Source: Deltaproteobacteria bacterium
Lineage (GTDB): Bacteria; Myxococcota_A; Polyangia; Fen-1088
Direction of reading: 5' to 3'
Assembly: GCA_033763315.1 (NCBI GenBank)
Contig: JANRKS010000009.1
Location: 192,001-256,000 of the forward strand
Length of the DNA: 64,000 nt
Shown: positions 1 through 9,134 of the stretch, in pieces
Layout: the number at the start of each line of letters is the position of its first letter
Numbering within the stretch: the stretch's first letter is position 1
Made by a program: the position numbers and the translations under genes
Notes under the pieces: model-generated
Database searches by the model: none
What the model was told of the DNA's origin: nothing
Seen by the model: the letters and a program-made list of their open reading frames with translations, nothing else

Positions 1-2
1 GA

Positions 3-956
3 GACCTGGATGTGGGCGTGTTGCTCACGGCAAACAAAACCGAAGCGGCGGTGATCCAGGTTTATCGAGATCGCCTCGGCGTCTCAATGAACTTGGGCAA
101 CGTTTATAAGGTCGCGAAGGAACTCTCTTCGCCCGAAGATCTTGACGGTTTGGAAAGTATGTCGGGCGTGGTTTCCACGCAGCTTGTGCGCAACGGTGAC
201 AAGAACTACAGCTGGCTGTCGGAAGTGAAAGAATCCGTCGACGTCAAAGGCTCTGACGGCGGCAAACCCATCCACGTTCGCTTGGACGCCAGCAGCAAAA
301 GCTGGGAGCTGCGGTTGGATGGCGTGGCCAAAACGATTACAGCCGCGGTCAATATGGGTGGCCTGACCGTTGAAGCGCCCCTTGAGGATCTGGGGGACGT
401 GGTTTCAGCTATGCCAGCCATGCAGAACATCAAGACCACCGACGCGATGAAGTTCGTCTTGGGTGGCATCAATGGTTCGTTCACCTTTGATGGCAAAACC
501 GATTTGCTCAAGTTTGTGGGCCTGGGCTTTGGCAACAAATCCACATCCGTTGATGTCAACGGCAAGCGCATATTCTCCATGGACGTGAACGCCAATGCCA
601 ACCGTCGTTTCGACATGACGGTCTCGATGGCCGACACAAGCAAACCGTTGTTCGCTTTGGATCCGGGTTTGGAAGCTGTGTTCGGCTTTAATTTTGAATC
701 CATCAAAGACCGCTTCAGCGATTTGCCATCGTTCCTTCTAAATGACGTGCTGACGTTCAAGCTGGCCAACAACCCATCCATTCGCTTTGCTGACAAAGGC
801 ATCGAAGTGGTATCGGGTTCGATGAGCTTCACGAGCACGGCCGAACCCCAGGCCAACATCAGTGTGGCCGCAGGCATGTGCTTGATTGAGAACGAGACGC
901 CGAGCGCCACGGGGCACGATTTCCTCAAGAACCTTTCGGCGGGCTCCTGCCAATAG
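3..956 (+). CDS. C-terminal part of a beta-rich exported hypothetical protein (5'-truncated by window edge)
   Basis: Frame open from window start to TAG at 954-956; beta-strand-like pattern with terminal Cys pair (GMC...GSCQ); followed by terminator-like hairpin. Confidence 0.7.
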   Translation, partial: DLDVGVLLTANKTEAAVIQVYRDRLGVSMNLGNVYKVAKELSSPEDLDGLESMSGVVSTQLVRNGDKNYSWLSEVKESVDVKGSDGGKPIHVRLDASSKSWELRLDGVAKTITAAVNMGGLTVEAPLEDLGDVVSAMPAMQNIKTTDAMKFVLGGINGSFTFDGKTDLLKFVGLGFGNKSTSVDVNGKRIFSMDVNANANRRFDMTVSMADTSKPLFALDPGLEAVFGFNFESIKDRFSDLPSFLLNDVLTFKLANNPSIRFADKGIEVVSGSMSFTSTAEPQANISVAAGMCLIENETPSATGHDFLKNLSAGSCQ

Positions 957-962
957 TGAGAA

Positions 963-998
963 CGCCCGGGCTGTGGCAGGCCCGGGCGCTTTTCCTTC
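963..998 (+). terminator. Rho-independent terminator
   Basis: CGCCCGGGC-tgtggcag-GCCCGGGCG perfect 9-bp stem then CTTTTCCTT, just after the stop codon. Confidence 0.7.
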
Positions 999-1082
999 TG
1001 CCTGGCGCGGGCGGAATTTTGCGTCACTTGTGACCCGCAAGATGGCTGAGGTGTGCTCGAGCATTCTTGCTTAGATGAGACG

Positions 1083-3101
1083 ATGCACCCCTTAGCCCTT
1101 GTGGTTTTTTTTACGCAGCTTGTGGCGCATTCTGACGCGACAGCGCAGCGGTTTTACGATGCAGGCGACGCGGGCTTCCGCGGCGGCCGCGTGCAGGCAG
1201 ACGCCCACGTGGCTCACACCTGGTTGCCCCAGGCTCTGTTCAAGCAACACCGCGATGGTGTGCAGAGCTTTGATAAATCTCTGCCGCCTGGCCGCTACGT
1301 GGTGCGCGTGAATCTGATCGAACGGGACCCAGCGGTGGCTCGGGCGCAAGCGCGCGTGTTCTCGATTCGAGGGCCCGGCTTCGCGTTTGAGGACATCGAC
1401 GTTTGGGAGCAAGCGGGAGGGCATCACGTGCCGCTGCAGCAAGTGGCGCTCGCCACGCTGGCGGATGGCCATCTTCACATGGACTTTGCCGCCACCGCGG
1501 GCAGCCCTACGGTGTCCTCCGTGCAAGTTGAGGCGCTCAAGCCGCCGCAGACGTTTGCGTCCGACGACGGCAAACCGCTTGAAGACTGGCGACGGTTCTC
1601 CAGCAGCCAGGCGTTGATTGCAGCGGGCAGCAGCGATGACAAGTCGGGATGGGTATCGCCCGGCATAGCCGACGGCGCCCTACGCTTTGACTATGCGGTG
1701 GATCAGCACCTGCCTTACGGCAACATCGCTCGTTTCGTCCTGCCCCTTCCGCAAGCCTTGGATCTGAAGGGGCATCACACGTTGACGTTTGATTTGCAGC
1801 CGGATGGCAGTGGGCGAACCTTCGGCGTGACGCTGGGAGGCGCTGCGGGCCAGTCGGCGTCCTTTTGGCTGCCCATGAGAAACGCCGAGGCTCGTCGCGT
1901 AAAGTTCTCGCTGGATCACGTTACGGCTGGTGACGTTGCGAAGGATTCTTCCCCGCCCCTGGCCTTTGCCGTCACTCACATAACTTTCTCGGTGAAATCC
2001 GATGCAGGAGCGGCGTTGGGGCATGGCCGTGTGCTTGTGGGGCCGGTGCGTGCCACGTCCGAACAGACGCCTTTGCCGCCGCCCCGGGTGCGCTCGGGCT
2101 TCGAAGCCACGGCTCAAGCGTTGCGGATTGACGGCTTCGAGACCTATCCCGACAACCGCGCCCTGTGGGACAACGTTGCCTCAACTTCGCACGCCAACGT
2201 CGCCATGCTGTCACTGGCAAAAGGCAAACAGCTGGTGGGCCACGGCAAACAATCGCTGCGTGTGGATTACACCTTTGATAAGCGTGCCTATTCCGGCGTC
2301 GTGTTCATGCGGCCCATGGACATTCGCCCCTACAACGCGTTTCGCTTTTGGCTAAAGGGTGATGGCTCACGCAACAAGTTGATGGTGTTCTTCGCGTTGG
2401 GGCAGATCCACCAGTTCACAGTGCCGCTTGAAAACCGCACGGGGCAGTGGATCGTTGTGCCGCTGTCCACATTCTTAGGTGCCACGGCCCGACGCGAAGG
2501 TGTGGTTGAGATCGGGTTGTGGGCGCGCCGCCACGGCAACTCCGAAGGCGGCCGCATTTACCTTGATGATGTTGGTTTGGTGTTCGATCCAGCTTTGCCT
2601 CAAGGGCCCGCGCCGCCTCCGATGCCGGTGCCGCTTGATGTGAGCCAAGGCGCTCGAATTGATGTGGGAAGCGACGTCAACTTTGTGGATGCCTCGGGTC
2701 AAAAGTGGCTGGCTGACACTGGCTTTCAATTTGGCCGAACGCACATTCTGAACCCCGGTGAACTGGCATTCTATGCGCCGCCGCTCGCACAGCTTCACCA
2801 GACGTTTCGCGTGGGTATGGCCGGCTACGCGTTCGCTGTGCCCAACGGGGCTTACACAGTGAGTTTGCTCATGGCGGAAAATTGGCTGGGGGCGCAGGTG
2901 CCGGGCCGCCGCGTGTGCCACATCAAAGTGGCGGGTCAGGACCTAGGTGACGTGGACATCATGGCGATCACCAAACAGCGCTTTAAACCACTGGTCAAGG
3001 ACGTCAAGGCGGTGGTGACGAACAAGGTCCTGCAGCTCGACTTTGAAGACAAAGCGAATCATTGCAAGCTGGACGCGTTGCAGATCACGCCCGCGCGTTA
3101 A
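1083..3101 (+). CDS. Secreted carbohydrate-binding protein: malectin-like + two CBM11/CIA30-like + malectin-like domains
   Basis: Signal peptide from ATG 1083; malectin-like motifs (ARVFSI..DIDVWEQAGG; RIDVGS..DASGQKWLAD..YAFAVPNGAYTVSLLMAE); CBM11-like IDGFETY..SLRVDY..FWLKGDGSRN..IYLDDV. Confidence 0.7.
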   Translation: MHPLALVVFFTQLVAHSDATAQRFYDAGDAGFRGGRVQADAHVAHTWLPQALFKQHRDGVQSFDKSLPPGRYVVRVNLIERDPAVARAQARVFSIRGPGFAFEDIDVWEQAGGHHVPLQQVALATLADGHLHMDFAATAGSPTVSSVQVEALKPPQTFASDDGKPLEDWRRFSSSQALIAAGSSDDKSGWVSPGIADGALRFDYAVDQHLPYGNIARFVLPLPQALDLKGHHTLTFDLQPDGSGRTFGVTLGGAAGQSASFWLPMRNAEARRVKFSLDHVTAGDVAKDSSPPLAFAVTHITFSVKSDAGAALGHGRVLVGPVRATSEQTPLPPPRVRSGFEATAQALRIDGFETYPDNRALWDNVASTSHANVAMLSLAKGKQLVGHGKQSLRVDYTFDKRAYSGVVFMRPMDIRPYNAFRFWLKGDGSRNKLMVFFALGQIHQFTVPLENRTGQWIVVPLSTFLGATARREGVVEIGLWARRHGNSEGGRIYLDDVGLVFDPALPQGPAPPPMPVPLDVSQGARIDVGSDVNFVDASGQKWLADTGFQFGRTHILNPGELAFYAPPLAQLHQTFRVGMAGYAFAVPNGAYTVSLLMAENWLGAQVPGRRVCHIKVAGQDLGDVDIMAITKQRFKPLVKDVKAVVTNKVLQLDFEDKANHCKLDALQITPAR

Positions 3102-4717
3102 CGCAGCCCAGGCGCTTCGTGGCCGCTGCGGGCCACGTACTCGAGATAGCCACCGCCGTAGGGGATTGGGCCGTCGGGGGTCAGTTCAAGTACGCGGTTT
3201 GAAAGGGCGGCCAAGAACTGGCGATCGTGTGACACGAACAGCATCGTGCCTTCGTAGTCCTTGAGGGCTCGCAGCATCATCTCTTTGGTCGCCATATCCA
3301 AGTGGTTCGTGGGTTCATCGAACACCAGGAAATTCGGGCGGGCGTAAAGCACACGCGCCAGCACCAAGCGAGCTTTCTCACCGCCAGAGAGGATGCGACA
3401 GGGTTTCTCGATGTCGTCGCCTGAGAAGCCGAAGCAACCGGCCAGCGATCGCAGCGAACCGATGTTGGCTTGGGGAAACGCTTCTTCGAGCTGCTGAAAC
3501 ACCGTTTTCTCAGGCGCCAAGATCTCCATGGCGTGCTGGGCAAAATAGCCGAGCTGCACGCTGGCGCCCACCGTGACGGCACCTTTGTCGGGGCGCGTTT
3601 CGCCAGCGATGAGTTTGAGCAACGTGGATTTGCCCGCGCCGTTGACGCCCATGATCGCCCAGCGCTCCTTACGCTTGATGAACATATCGAGGCTCTTGTA
3701 GATCACGCGGCTACCGTAGGCCTTGGCCACGCCTTCCATTTTCACGACGTCTTCACCTGAACGTTGGCACTCGGGGAACTCGAAATCCAAAGTGCGGCGA
3801 CGTTTTGGCGGCTCCACTTTCTCGATTTTGTCGAGCTTCTTTACCCGCGATTGCACTTGTGAGGCTTTCGCCGCCTGCGCTTTGAAGCGTTCGATGAAGC
3901 GCATTTCCTTGGCCAGCATGGCCTGCTGACGCGCGTAGGCGGCTTCGGCGTGTGCCTCGTTCAGGGCGCGTTGCCGCTCGTAAAAGTCATAGTTGCCTGA
4001 GAAACTCGTGAGTTCACCGCCATCGATCTCGATGATGCGCGTGACGATGCGGTTCAAGAACTCGCGATCGTGGCTGGTCATCAACAGCGCGCCTTCATAG
4101 CCCTTAAGAAAACTCTCAAGCCAGATCAGCGATTCCAAGTCCAAATGGTTCGATGGTTCGTCAAGCAGCATGGCATCGGGGCGCATGAGAAGAATGCGTG
4201 CCAGCGCCACGCGCATCTTCCACCCGCCCGAAAGCTTGCCCACGTCGCCGTCCATCATTTCTTGCGAGAAGCCAAGGCCTGCGGCGATTTCGCGGGCCCG
4301 CGCTTCAAGCGCATAACCACCCAATTCATCAAAGCGCGCTTGCACTTCGCCAAAGCGTTCCAGAATCTTGTCGAGGCTATCCGCTTGTTCGGGATCGGCC
4401 ATCGCGGCTTCGAGTTTTGCTAACTCGGTGGCCAACGCCGCCACGGGGCCTGCGCCGTCCATCACTTCGGCCACGACGCTTCGGCCTTTCATTTCGCCGA
4501 CGTCCTGGTGAAAATAACCGATGGTGATGCCGCGGTCGGTGGAGACCTGGCCTTCGTCGGGCGTCTCCTCCTTCATGATCATGCGGAAGATCGTGGATTT
4601 GCCCGCGCCGTTAGGGCCCACCAGGCCGACTTTTTCGCCTTTGAACAGGGCGGCCGACGCTTCGACGAACAAGATCTGTTTGCCGTGCTGTTTGCTGATT
4701 TGGTCGAGGCGAATCAC
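3098..4717 (-). CDS. ABC-F family ATP-binding protein (ribosome-associated type)
   Basis: Two ABC cassettes (GPNGAGKST, LSGGWKMR, LDEPSNHLD; GVNGAGKST, LSGGEKAR, DEPTNHLD), no TM segments; probable GTG start 4717. Confidence 0.92.
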   Translation of the reverse strand: MIRLDQISKQHGKQILFVEASAALFKGEKVGLVGPNGAGKSTIFRMIMKEETPDEGQVSTDRGITIGYFHQDVGEMKGRSVVAEVMDGAGPVAALATELAKLEAAMADPEQADSLDKILERFGEVQARFDELGGYALEARAREIAAGLGFSQEMMDGDVGKLSGGWKMRVALARILLMRPDAMLLDEPSNHLDLESLIWLESFLKGYEGALLMTSHDREFLNRIVTRIIEIDGGELTSFSGNYDFYERQRALNEAHAEAAYARQQAMLAKEMRFIERFKAQAAKASQVQSRVKKLDKIEKVEPPKRRRTLDFEFPECQRSGEDVVKMEGVAKAYGSRVIYKSLDMFIKRKERWAIMGVNGAGKSTLLKLIAGETRPDKGAVTVGASVQLGYFAQHAMEILAPEKTVFQQLEEAFPQANIGSLRSLAGCFGFSGDDIEKPCRILSGGEKARLVLARVLYARPNFLVFDEPTNHLDMATKEMMLRALKDYEGTMLFVSHDRQFLAALSNRVLELTPDGPIPYGGGYLEYVARSGHEAPGLR

Positions 4718-4888
4718 GATGGGGCAGGGTGTAGCAGGTGGGCCCGGGCGCTGCCGTAGGCGGGGCGCGTATGCCGTGGCATGAGGAGGATTGCGGCAGG
4801 AGACCAACCGAAGCCGACACCGGCCGGGCCGCGCAAAGCCCTAACCTATCGGGGATGAAGCGTCTATTATGAGCGGATCTAAAGAGCG

Positions 4889-5953
4889 ATGATGACAACA
4901 CAATCAAAGTCGAAGTTCGCAGTTCTTTTGTTGGCGCTGGGTGCGTACAGCGGCTTGTTGGGGGCGGGGTGCGACGACGACGACAGCAAACGGTTGCCGG
5001 ACGCCAACTTTGACGCTGCCGGCGGCAGCCAAGACGCCGCCCCGGCCGATGCGCCGCTCAATGGTGGGCTCGACGCGAACACCACAGGCGCTGACGCGCG
5101 CGTGGATGCGGCGGTGGCGTTCGGTGACGCGGGCGAAGGTTCCGCCGACGCCGCCTTCATTGAACCCAATGTAGATGCAGGCGCAGGTTGTCAGCTGGTT
5201 TCAACGCAACACACATCCGCCGCACAGGCGGGCCTGCCAGGCGCCGGCCTCGCGCTTTGGTTGCGCGCGGATCAAGGCGTCTACAAAGATCAAAACAATG
5301 GCGTCTGTGCCTGGGTGGATCACGGGGGCGCGGGTCACGCGCTGTTGAGCGCTGCCAACCAGAGGCCCGTGTTTGTTGCCGGGGCGGGCAACGTTTTGCC
5401 CAGCATTCAGTTCACCGGTGGTGGCAAATCCCTGTCGATTGCGGGCGTACTCGGCATCGCGCCTCAGTCAGGCCGTACGTACATCGCTGTGCAGAAGCTG
5501 GTGAATACCACGTCTCGCTTGCAGGCCATCATTCAAGGCCAAAGTGGCACCCCGGGAACGTATGTATCGATCGATTCGAACCCGTTCCAAACCGTGGGCA
5601 GCCGCGAGGGCGTCTACGTTACGAATAACGCGTACGATTCTGATGTAGCCACGTCAACGGAGCTGCGCGTTCATGCGTTTGTGGTGAACCCGATGGTGAT
5701 AGGCAGCGCCATCTTGCCGGCCACGTCGTATCGAATCAACGGCACGGTTGCCACGCTCACCCGCACACCGGGCGGCCTGGGCAACACAAACTTCGAGAAC
5801 TTCTCGGGCGCCAACTTCACAGCCGTGGGCGTCGGGCAAAGCGGCAGTGATTACAGCCTGCGAGAAATCCTGATCTACGACCACGCGCTCTCGGCACAAG
5901 AGATCGCGCAGGTAGAGGCCGCGCTGTTTGCGCGTTACGGGATCGGACGCTAA
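4889..5953 (+). CDS. Lipoprotein with DAG-rich linker and LamG-like jelly-roll domain
   Basis: Lipobox LGAGC; D/A/G linker; LALWLRADQGV..WVD..EILIYDHALSAQEIAQVE pattern typical of LamG-like domains. Confidence 0.65.
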   Translation: MMTTQSKSKFAVLLLALGAYSGLLGAGCDDDDSKRLPDANFDAAGGSQDAAPADAPLNGGLDANTTGADARVDAAVAFGDAGEGSADAAFIEPNVDAGAGCQLVSTQHTSAAQAGLPGAGLALWLRADQGVYKDQNNGVCAWVDHGGAGHALLSAANQRPVFVAGAGNVLPSIQFTGGGKSLSIAGVLGIAPQSGRTYIAVQKLVNTTSRLQAIIQGQSGTPGTYVSIDSNPFQTVGSREGVYVTNNAYDSDVATSTELRVHAFVVNPMVIGSAILPATSYRINGTVATLTRTPGGLGNTNFENFSGANFTAVGVGQSGSDYSLREILIYDHALSAQEIAQVEAALFARYGIGR

Positions 5954-6062
5954 GCCACCCTAAAGCACAGGCTGACCGCGGGCCTGCGCCAACGTTGCGT
6001 CAGCGTCGATTTTGAGCAACTTCGTCGGGCGTGCGCCGAGAACTGGGTTGAGGAACAAACCC

Positions 6063-6623
6063 ATGAAAACGTCACGTCCTTTGCTTTATGTCCCTGTAAT
6101 CTTTTTGGCCCTTGCCGCCTGTGGCGCGCCCACCGATGAGGATGGCGATGCGTCCGATGACAACATCGAGATGGACGAGGGGGCTGCCGCCGCACAGCCT
6201 CTGAGCACCACGACAACGCGAAAAGCGCAGACGCCCGCCATTGTGAAAGCTTTGCAGAAAGCCACAGAGGGCTTGTTGTTCATGAGCGAGTCAGATTACC
6301 CGTTCGATGTCTTGTATTGGCGTAAGCCGGGGGGCAGCCCCACGGCGGCGAAAGTGGCGTTGCTGGCTGGTGAGGATCCAAACCTCGTGGAAGAGCGCAC
6401 CGTGGACGCTTTTTTCGATGGCGCCGCCACGCCCCAGGACTGGCAATCGGCCGACGAGTTGGCGGTGGTGACGCGCTATCAGGAGCTGGTTGCGTTGCTG
6501 AAGTCGAAGCTTCGCAAACTGAAGGTCTATAGATTCGGGCGGGTTCAGATCCACGCGTACGTCGTTGGGGTTACCAGCGCCGGTAACTGGGTGGCGCTCA
6601 AGACAACGCAAATTGAGACCTAA
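6063..6623 (+). CDS. Nuclease A inhibitor (NuiA) family lipoprotein
   Basis: Lipobox LAAC; NuiA-like motifs GLLFMSESDYPF, FFD..W, KVYRFG.VQI..YVVG, LKT..IET. Confidence 0.85.
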   Translation: MKTSRPLLYVPVIFLALAACGAPTDEDGDASDDNIEMDEGAAAAQPLSTTTTRKAQTPAIVKALQKATEGLLFMSESDYPFDVLYWRKPGGSPTAAKVALLAGEDPNLVEERTVDAFFDGAATPQDWQSADELAVVTRYQELVALLKSKLRKLKVYRFGRVQIHAYVVGVTSAGNWVALKTTQIET

Positions 6624-6677
6624 GCGCGGCAGGCGGGAGTGGTTTTGTTATCCCGGCACCTGCGCTAAAGTGGCCGG

Positions 6678-8006
6678 ATGAAGCTTTCGTCGGAACGGAA
6701 TTCGCGCCACGCCACTGTGGTCTTCGCCCTTGGGTTGTGTGCCTTGCACCTTGCCGCTTGTAAAACGGGTGGCTCACAGGGCAGCGGAGGTGCGGACGGG
6801 GAGGGCGGTGGCGGTGGCGTCGCGCAAGACGGCGGCAAGGGCGGCAGCGCTGGTGCTGGCAGCGGCGGCGCAGCCGGTGGGGCATCAGGTGGAAGTGGCG
6901 GGGGCGGCGGCAACGCTGGCACCGCGCAAGCAGGTATGGGCGGGGGCGGTATGGCAGCGATGGGAGGCAGTGGTGGCGCGATGGTTGCGGTGGATTACTT
7001 CGTGTACGCGAGCGGCGGCACCCAGATTGAGACGTTCAAATTCAACGCCGAGACGGGCGCGCTGACGTCGGTTGAGAAGATCAATTCGGGGCCCAGCACC
7101 ACATACCTCGCGTTTCATCCAAACGGCAAAACCCTGTACGCCACCAACGAGTCTGGCAGTGGTGTTGTAAAGGCCTTTTCCATAGCGAAGGGCACCGGCA
7201 AGCTTACGGCCAACGGGATGCAAGCCACGGGAGGCACAGGGGCGGTTCACGTCTCAGTTCATCCTTCGGGCAAGTGGCTGTTCGTTTCCAACTACAACGG
7301 TGCGAACGTGAGCGTGTTTCCGATCAACCAAACGACGGGAGCCATCGAAGCTTCTGTAGACACGCAGCCGACGGCGAATGAATCACACCAGATCGTTCCC
7401 GATCCTTCGGGCAAGTTTGTGTTTGTGCCATGTCGTGCGGACGCGAAGCCCTATGTGTTCCAATTCAAGCTGGACGAAGCCTCGGGGAAACTGACCGCAA
7501 ACACGCCTGCGTTCGTGGCTTCCGACGATCCGCGCCACATTGCATTTCATCCAGGCGGCAAGTTTGCGTACCTCATCAATGAGGCGCCAACAACCGCGGG
7601 CGCCGTCGCTTCGGTTGTGGGCTTCACTGTGAGTGCCACCGGCACGCTTACCCAAATCGAGAAAATCAACCTGCCAACGGACGAGAATTGGGGCTCCCAC
7701 GTGGTTGCGTCCCCTGATGGCAAATTCATCTATGCGGGTGGGCGCAAGACGGGCGTCATTCTTGGATACAGCGTGGAAGCTACAACCGGAAAGCTCACTG
7801 AGATCACCAAGACCACGATGTCGATCCAGGTCCCTCGCGACTTTACGATCTCGCCAACCGGCCGCCACCTGGTTATCGCCAACCAAAGCCTTGGCAACTT
7901 GGCCGTCCTTGCCATCGCGACCGATGGCAAGCTTTCGAATGTGGGCCAGCCGGTGTCAACCGTGGGCGATGTGGCAGGCGTGGTCGTGGTGCCGGTGCCT
8001 AGGTAG
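6678..8006 (+). CDS. Lactonase family 7-bladed beta-propeller lipoprotein (6-phosphogluconolactonase-like)
   Basis: Lipobox LAAC, Gly-rich linker; blades HPNGKTLYATNE, HPSGKWLFVSNY, PRHIAFHPGGKFAYLINE, PRDFTISPTG. Confidence 0.85.
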   Translation: MKLSSERNSRHATVVFALGLCALHLAACKTGGSQGSGGADGEGGGGGVAQDGGKGGSAGAGSGGAAGGASGGSGGGGGNAGTAQAGMGGGGMAAMGGSGGAMVAVDYFVYASGGTQIETFKFNAETGALTSVEKINSGPSTTYLAFHPNGKTLYATNESGSGVVKAFSIAKGTGKLTANGMQATGGTGAVHVSVHPSGKWLFVSNYNGANVSVFPINQTTGAIEASVDTQPTANESHQIVPDPSGKFVFVPCRADAKPYVFQFKLDEASGKLTANTPAFVASDDPRHIAFHPGGKFAYLINEAPTTAGAVASVVGFTVSATGTLTQIEKINLPTDENWGSHVVASPDGKFIYAGGRKTGVILGYSVEATTGKLTEITKTTMSIQVPRDFTISPTGRHLVIANQSLGNLAVLAIATDGKLSNVGQPVSTVGDVAGVVVVPVPR

Positions 8007-8107
8007 GTCAAGAGCGAGTCATTTTCTCGCAGGTTTCGTCGGGAGCTTTTTGTCGAACGGTGGCCTAAGCTCAGTTAAGCCACAGTTCGGCAACCCGGCA
8101 CGGACTC

Positions 8108-9001
8108 CTAGTCGGCAGCGAAACAGTAGAACAAGCCGTCGCCGCCAGTGCTCTTCAGATTAGCGAGGCTGCAGCCGTTTGATTCGTGAGCAGCGTTCCA
8201 CGACATGGGGTTGGCGCCGCCCCCCTCTCGATCGTGGTGGCCTACAACAGCTTTGCCTGTGGTGGCAGCTGACGTCCAGTTCATGCAGTTGGCGCCGGTG
8301 CGTTTGGTGCCGTCTTCATTGCTTCCCGTCATGATGTCATGCCGGTTGGGTGAATCATTTCGCCCTTTGACCACCGCGCCGGTTTCATCGAGCGAGTTCG
8401 CTTTGCTTAATTTGTTGTTGGCACTGTGGAGGTCGGCAACGCTGGTTGCGACTACAACGCCCTTTTGGTTCTGCCAAGGTCCGTTACCAATGCGCGTCTT
8501 TGCATCCACCGTGTCGGTGCTCAGATAGGCTCGCCACATTCGATTGCCCGCGCCAACCGCCATCGCCAGCTTCTTGCAGTGAGCATCGGCCCCATCTAAG
8601 CCACCCAAATCCCCACCCGGTCCCGGGTTTACGCTGGTGAGGAAGAAACTCATGCCGTTGCCTGGTGCGCCGCCCGCGCCACCTGCAGCCCCGCCGCCCC
8701 CCAGACCTGCGGCGCCCCCGACACCTGCCGTACCACCTGCGCCACCAGCATTGCTGATGCCACCGGCCCCGCCAGCTGCCCCCCCGGCCCCGCCGCCCGC
8801 AGTGCCAGCGACGTTCCCCCCACCAGCGCCGCCCGCCTTCGCTCCGCCCGAGCCACCCGAGCCTCCGCCACCACCCGCTGTGTCACCGCCGCCTCCGCCA
8901 CCGTTGCCTTTGTCGCTATCGCTGCTGCTGCTGCAAGCGATGAGGGCCAAACCGTAGACAACGCTGAAAGCTGCAACTTTACCCGGGGCGGCTCTGAACA
9001 T
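8108..9001 (-). CDS. Gly-rich lipoprotein with endostatin/DUF1554-like C-terminal domain
   Basis: Lipobox LIAC; GGAGG linker; FFLTS..GDLGGLDGADAHC..LA..WRAYLS..GPW..C.NW..FYCF. Confidence 0.7.
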   Translation of the reverse strand: MFRAAPGKVAAFSVVYGLALIACSSSSDSDKGNGGGGGGDTAGGGGGSGGSGGAKAGGAGGGNVAGTAGGGAGGAAGGAGGISNAGGAGGTAGVGGAAGLGGGGAAGGAGGAPGNGMSFFLTSVNPGPGGDLGGLDGADAHCKKLAMAVGAGNRMWRAYLSTDTVDAKTRIGNGPWQNQKGVVVATSVADLHSANNKLSKANSLDETGAVVKGRNDSPNRHDIMTGSNEDGTKRTGANCMNWTSAATTGKAVVGHHDREGGGANPMSWNAAHESNGCSLANLKSTGGDGLFYCFAAD

Positions 9002-9134
9002 GTGAGTACCTCCAAAAAGAGGACCTTACCTTTTCCGACTGGCGGTCGTCTAGGCGGCGGCACACACCTTTACATTGGCTTTGCCCGTGACGTTACGAAT
9101 GGTGCCCAACGCGCACCAAAGAGCGGGCCGCCGT

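Noticed and set aside
6770-8910. GGC-rich repeats as a DNA repeat or CRISPR array
   Set aside because: They encode Gly/Ala linkers inside lipoproteins; no constant repeat-spacer periodicity
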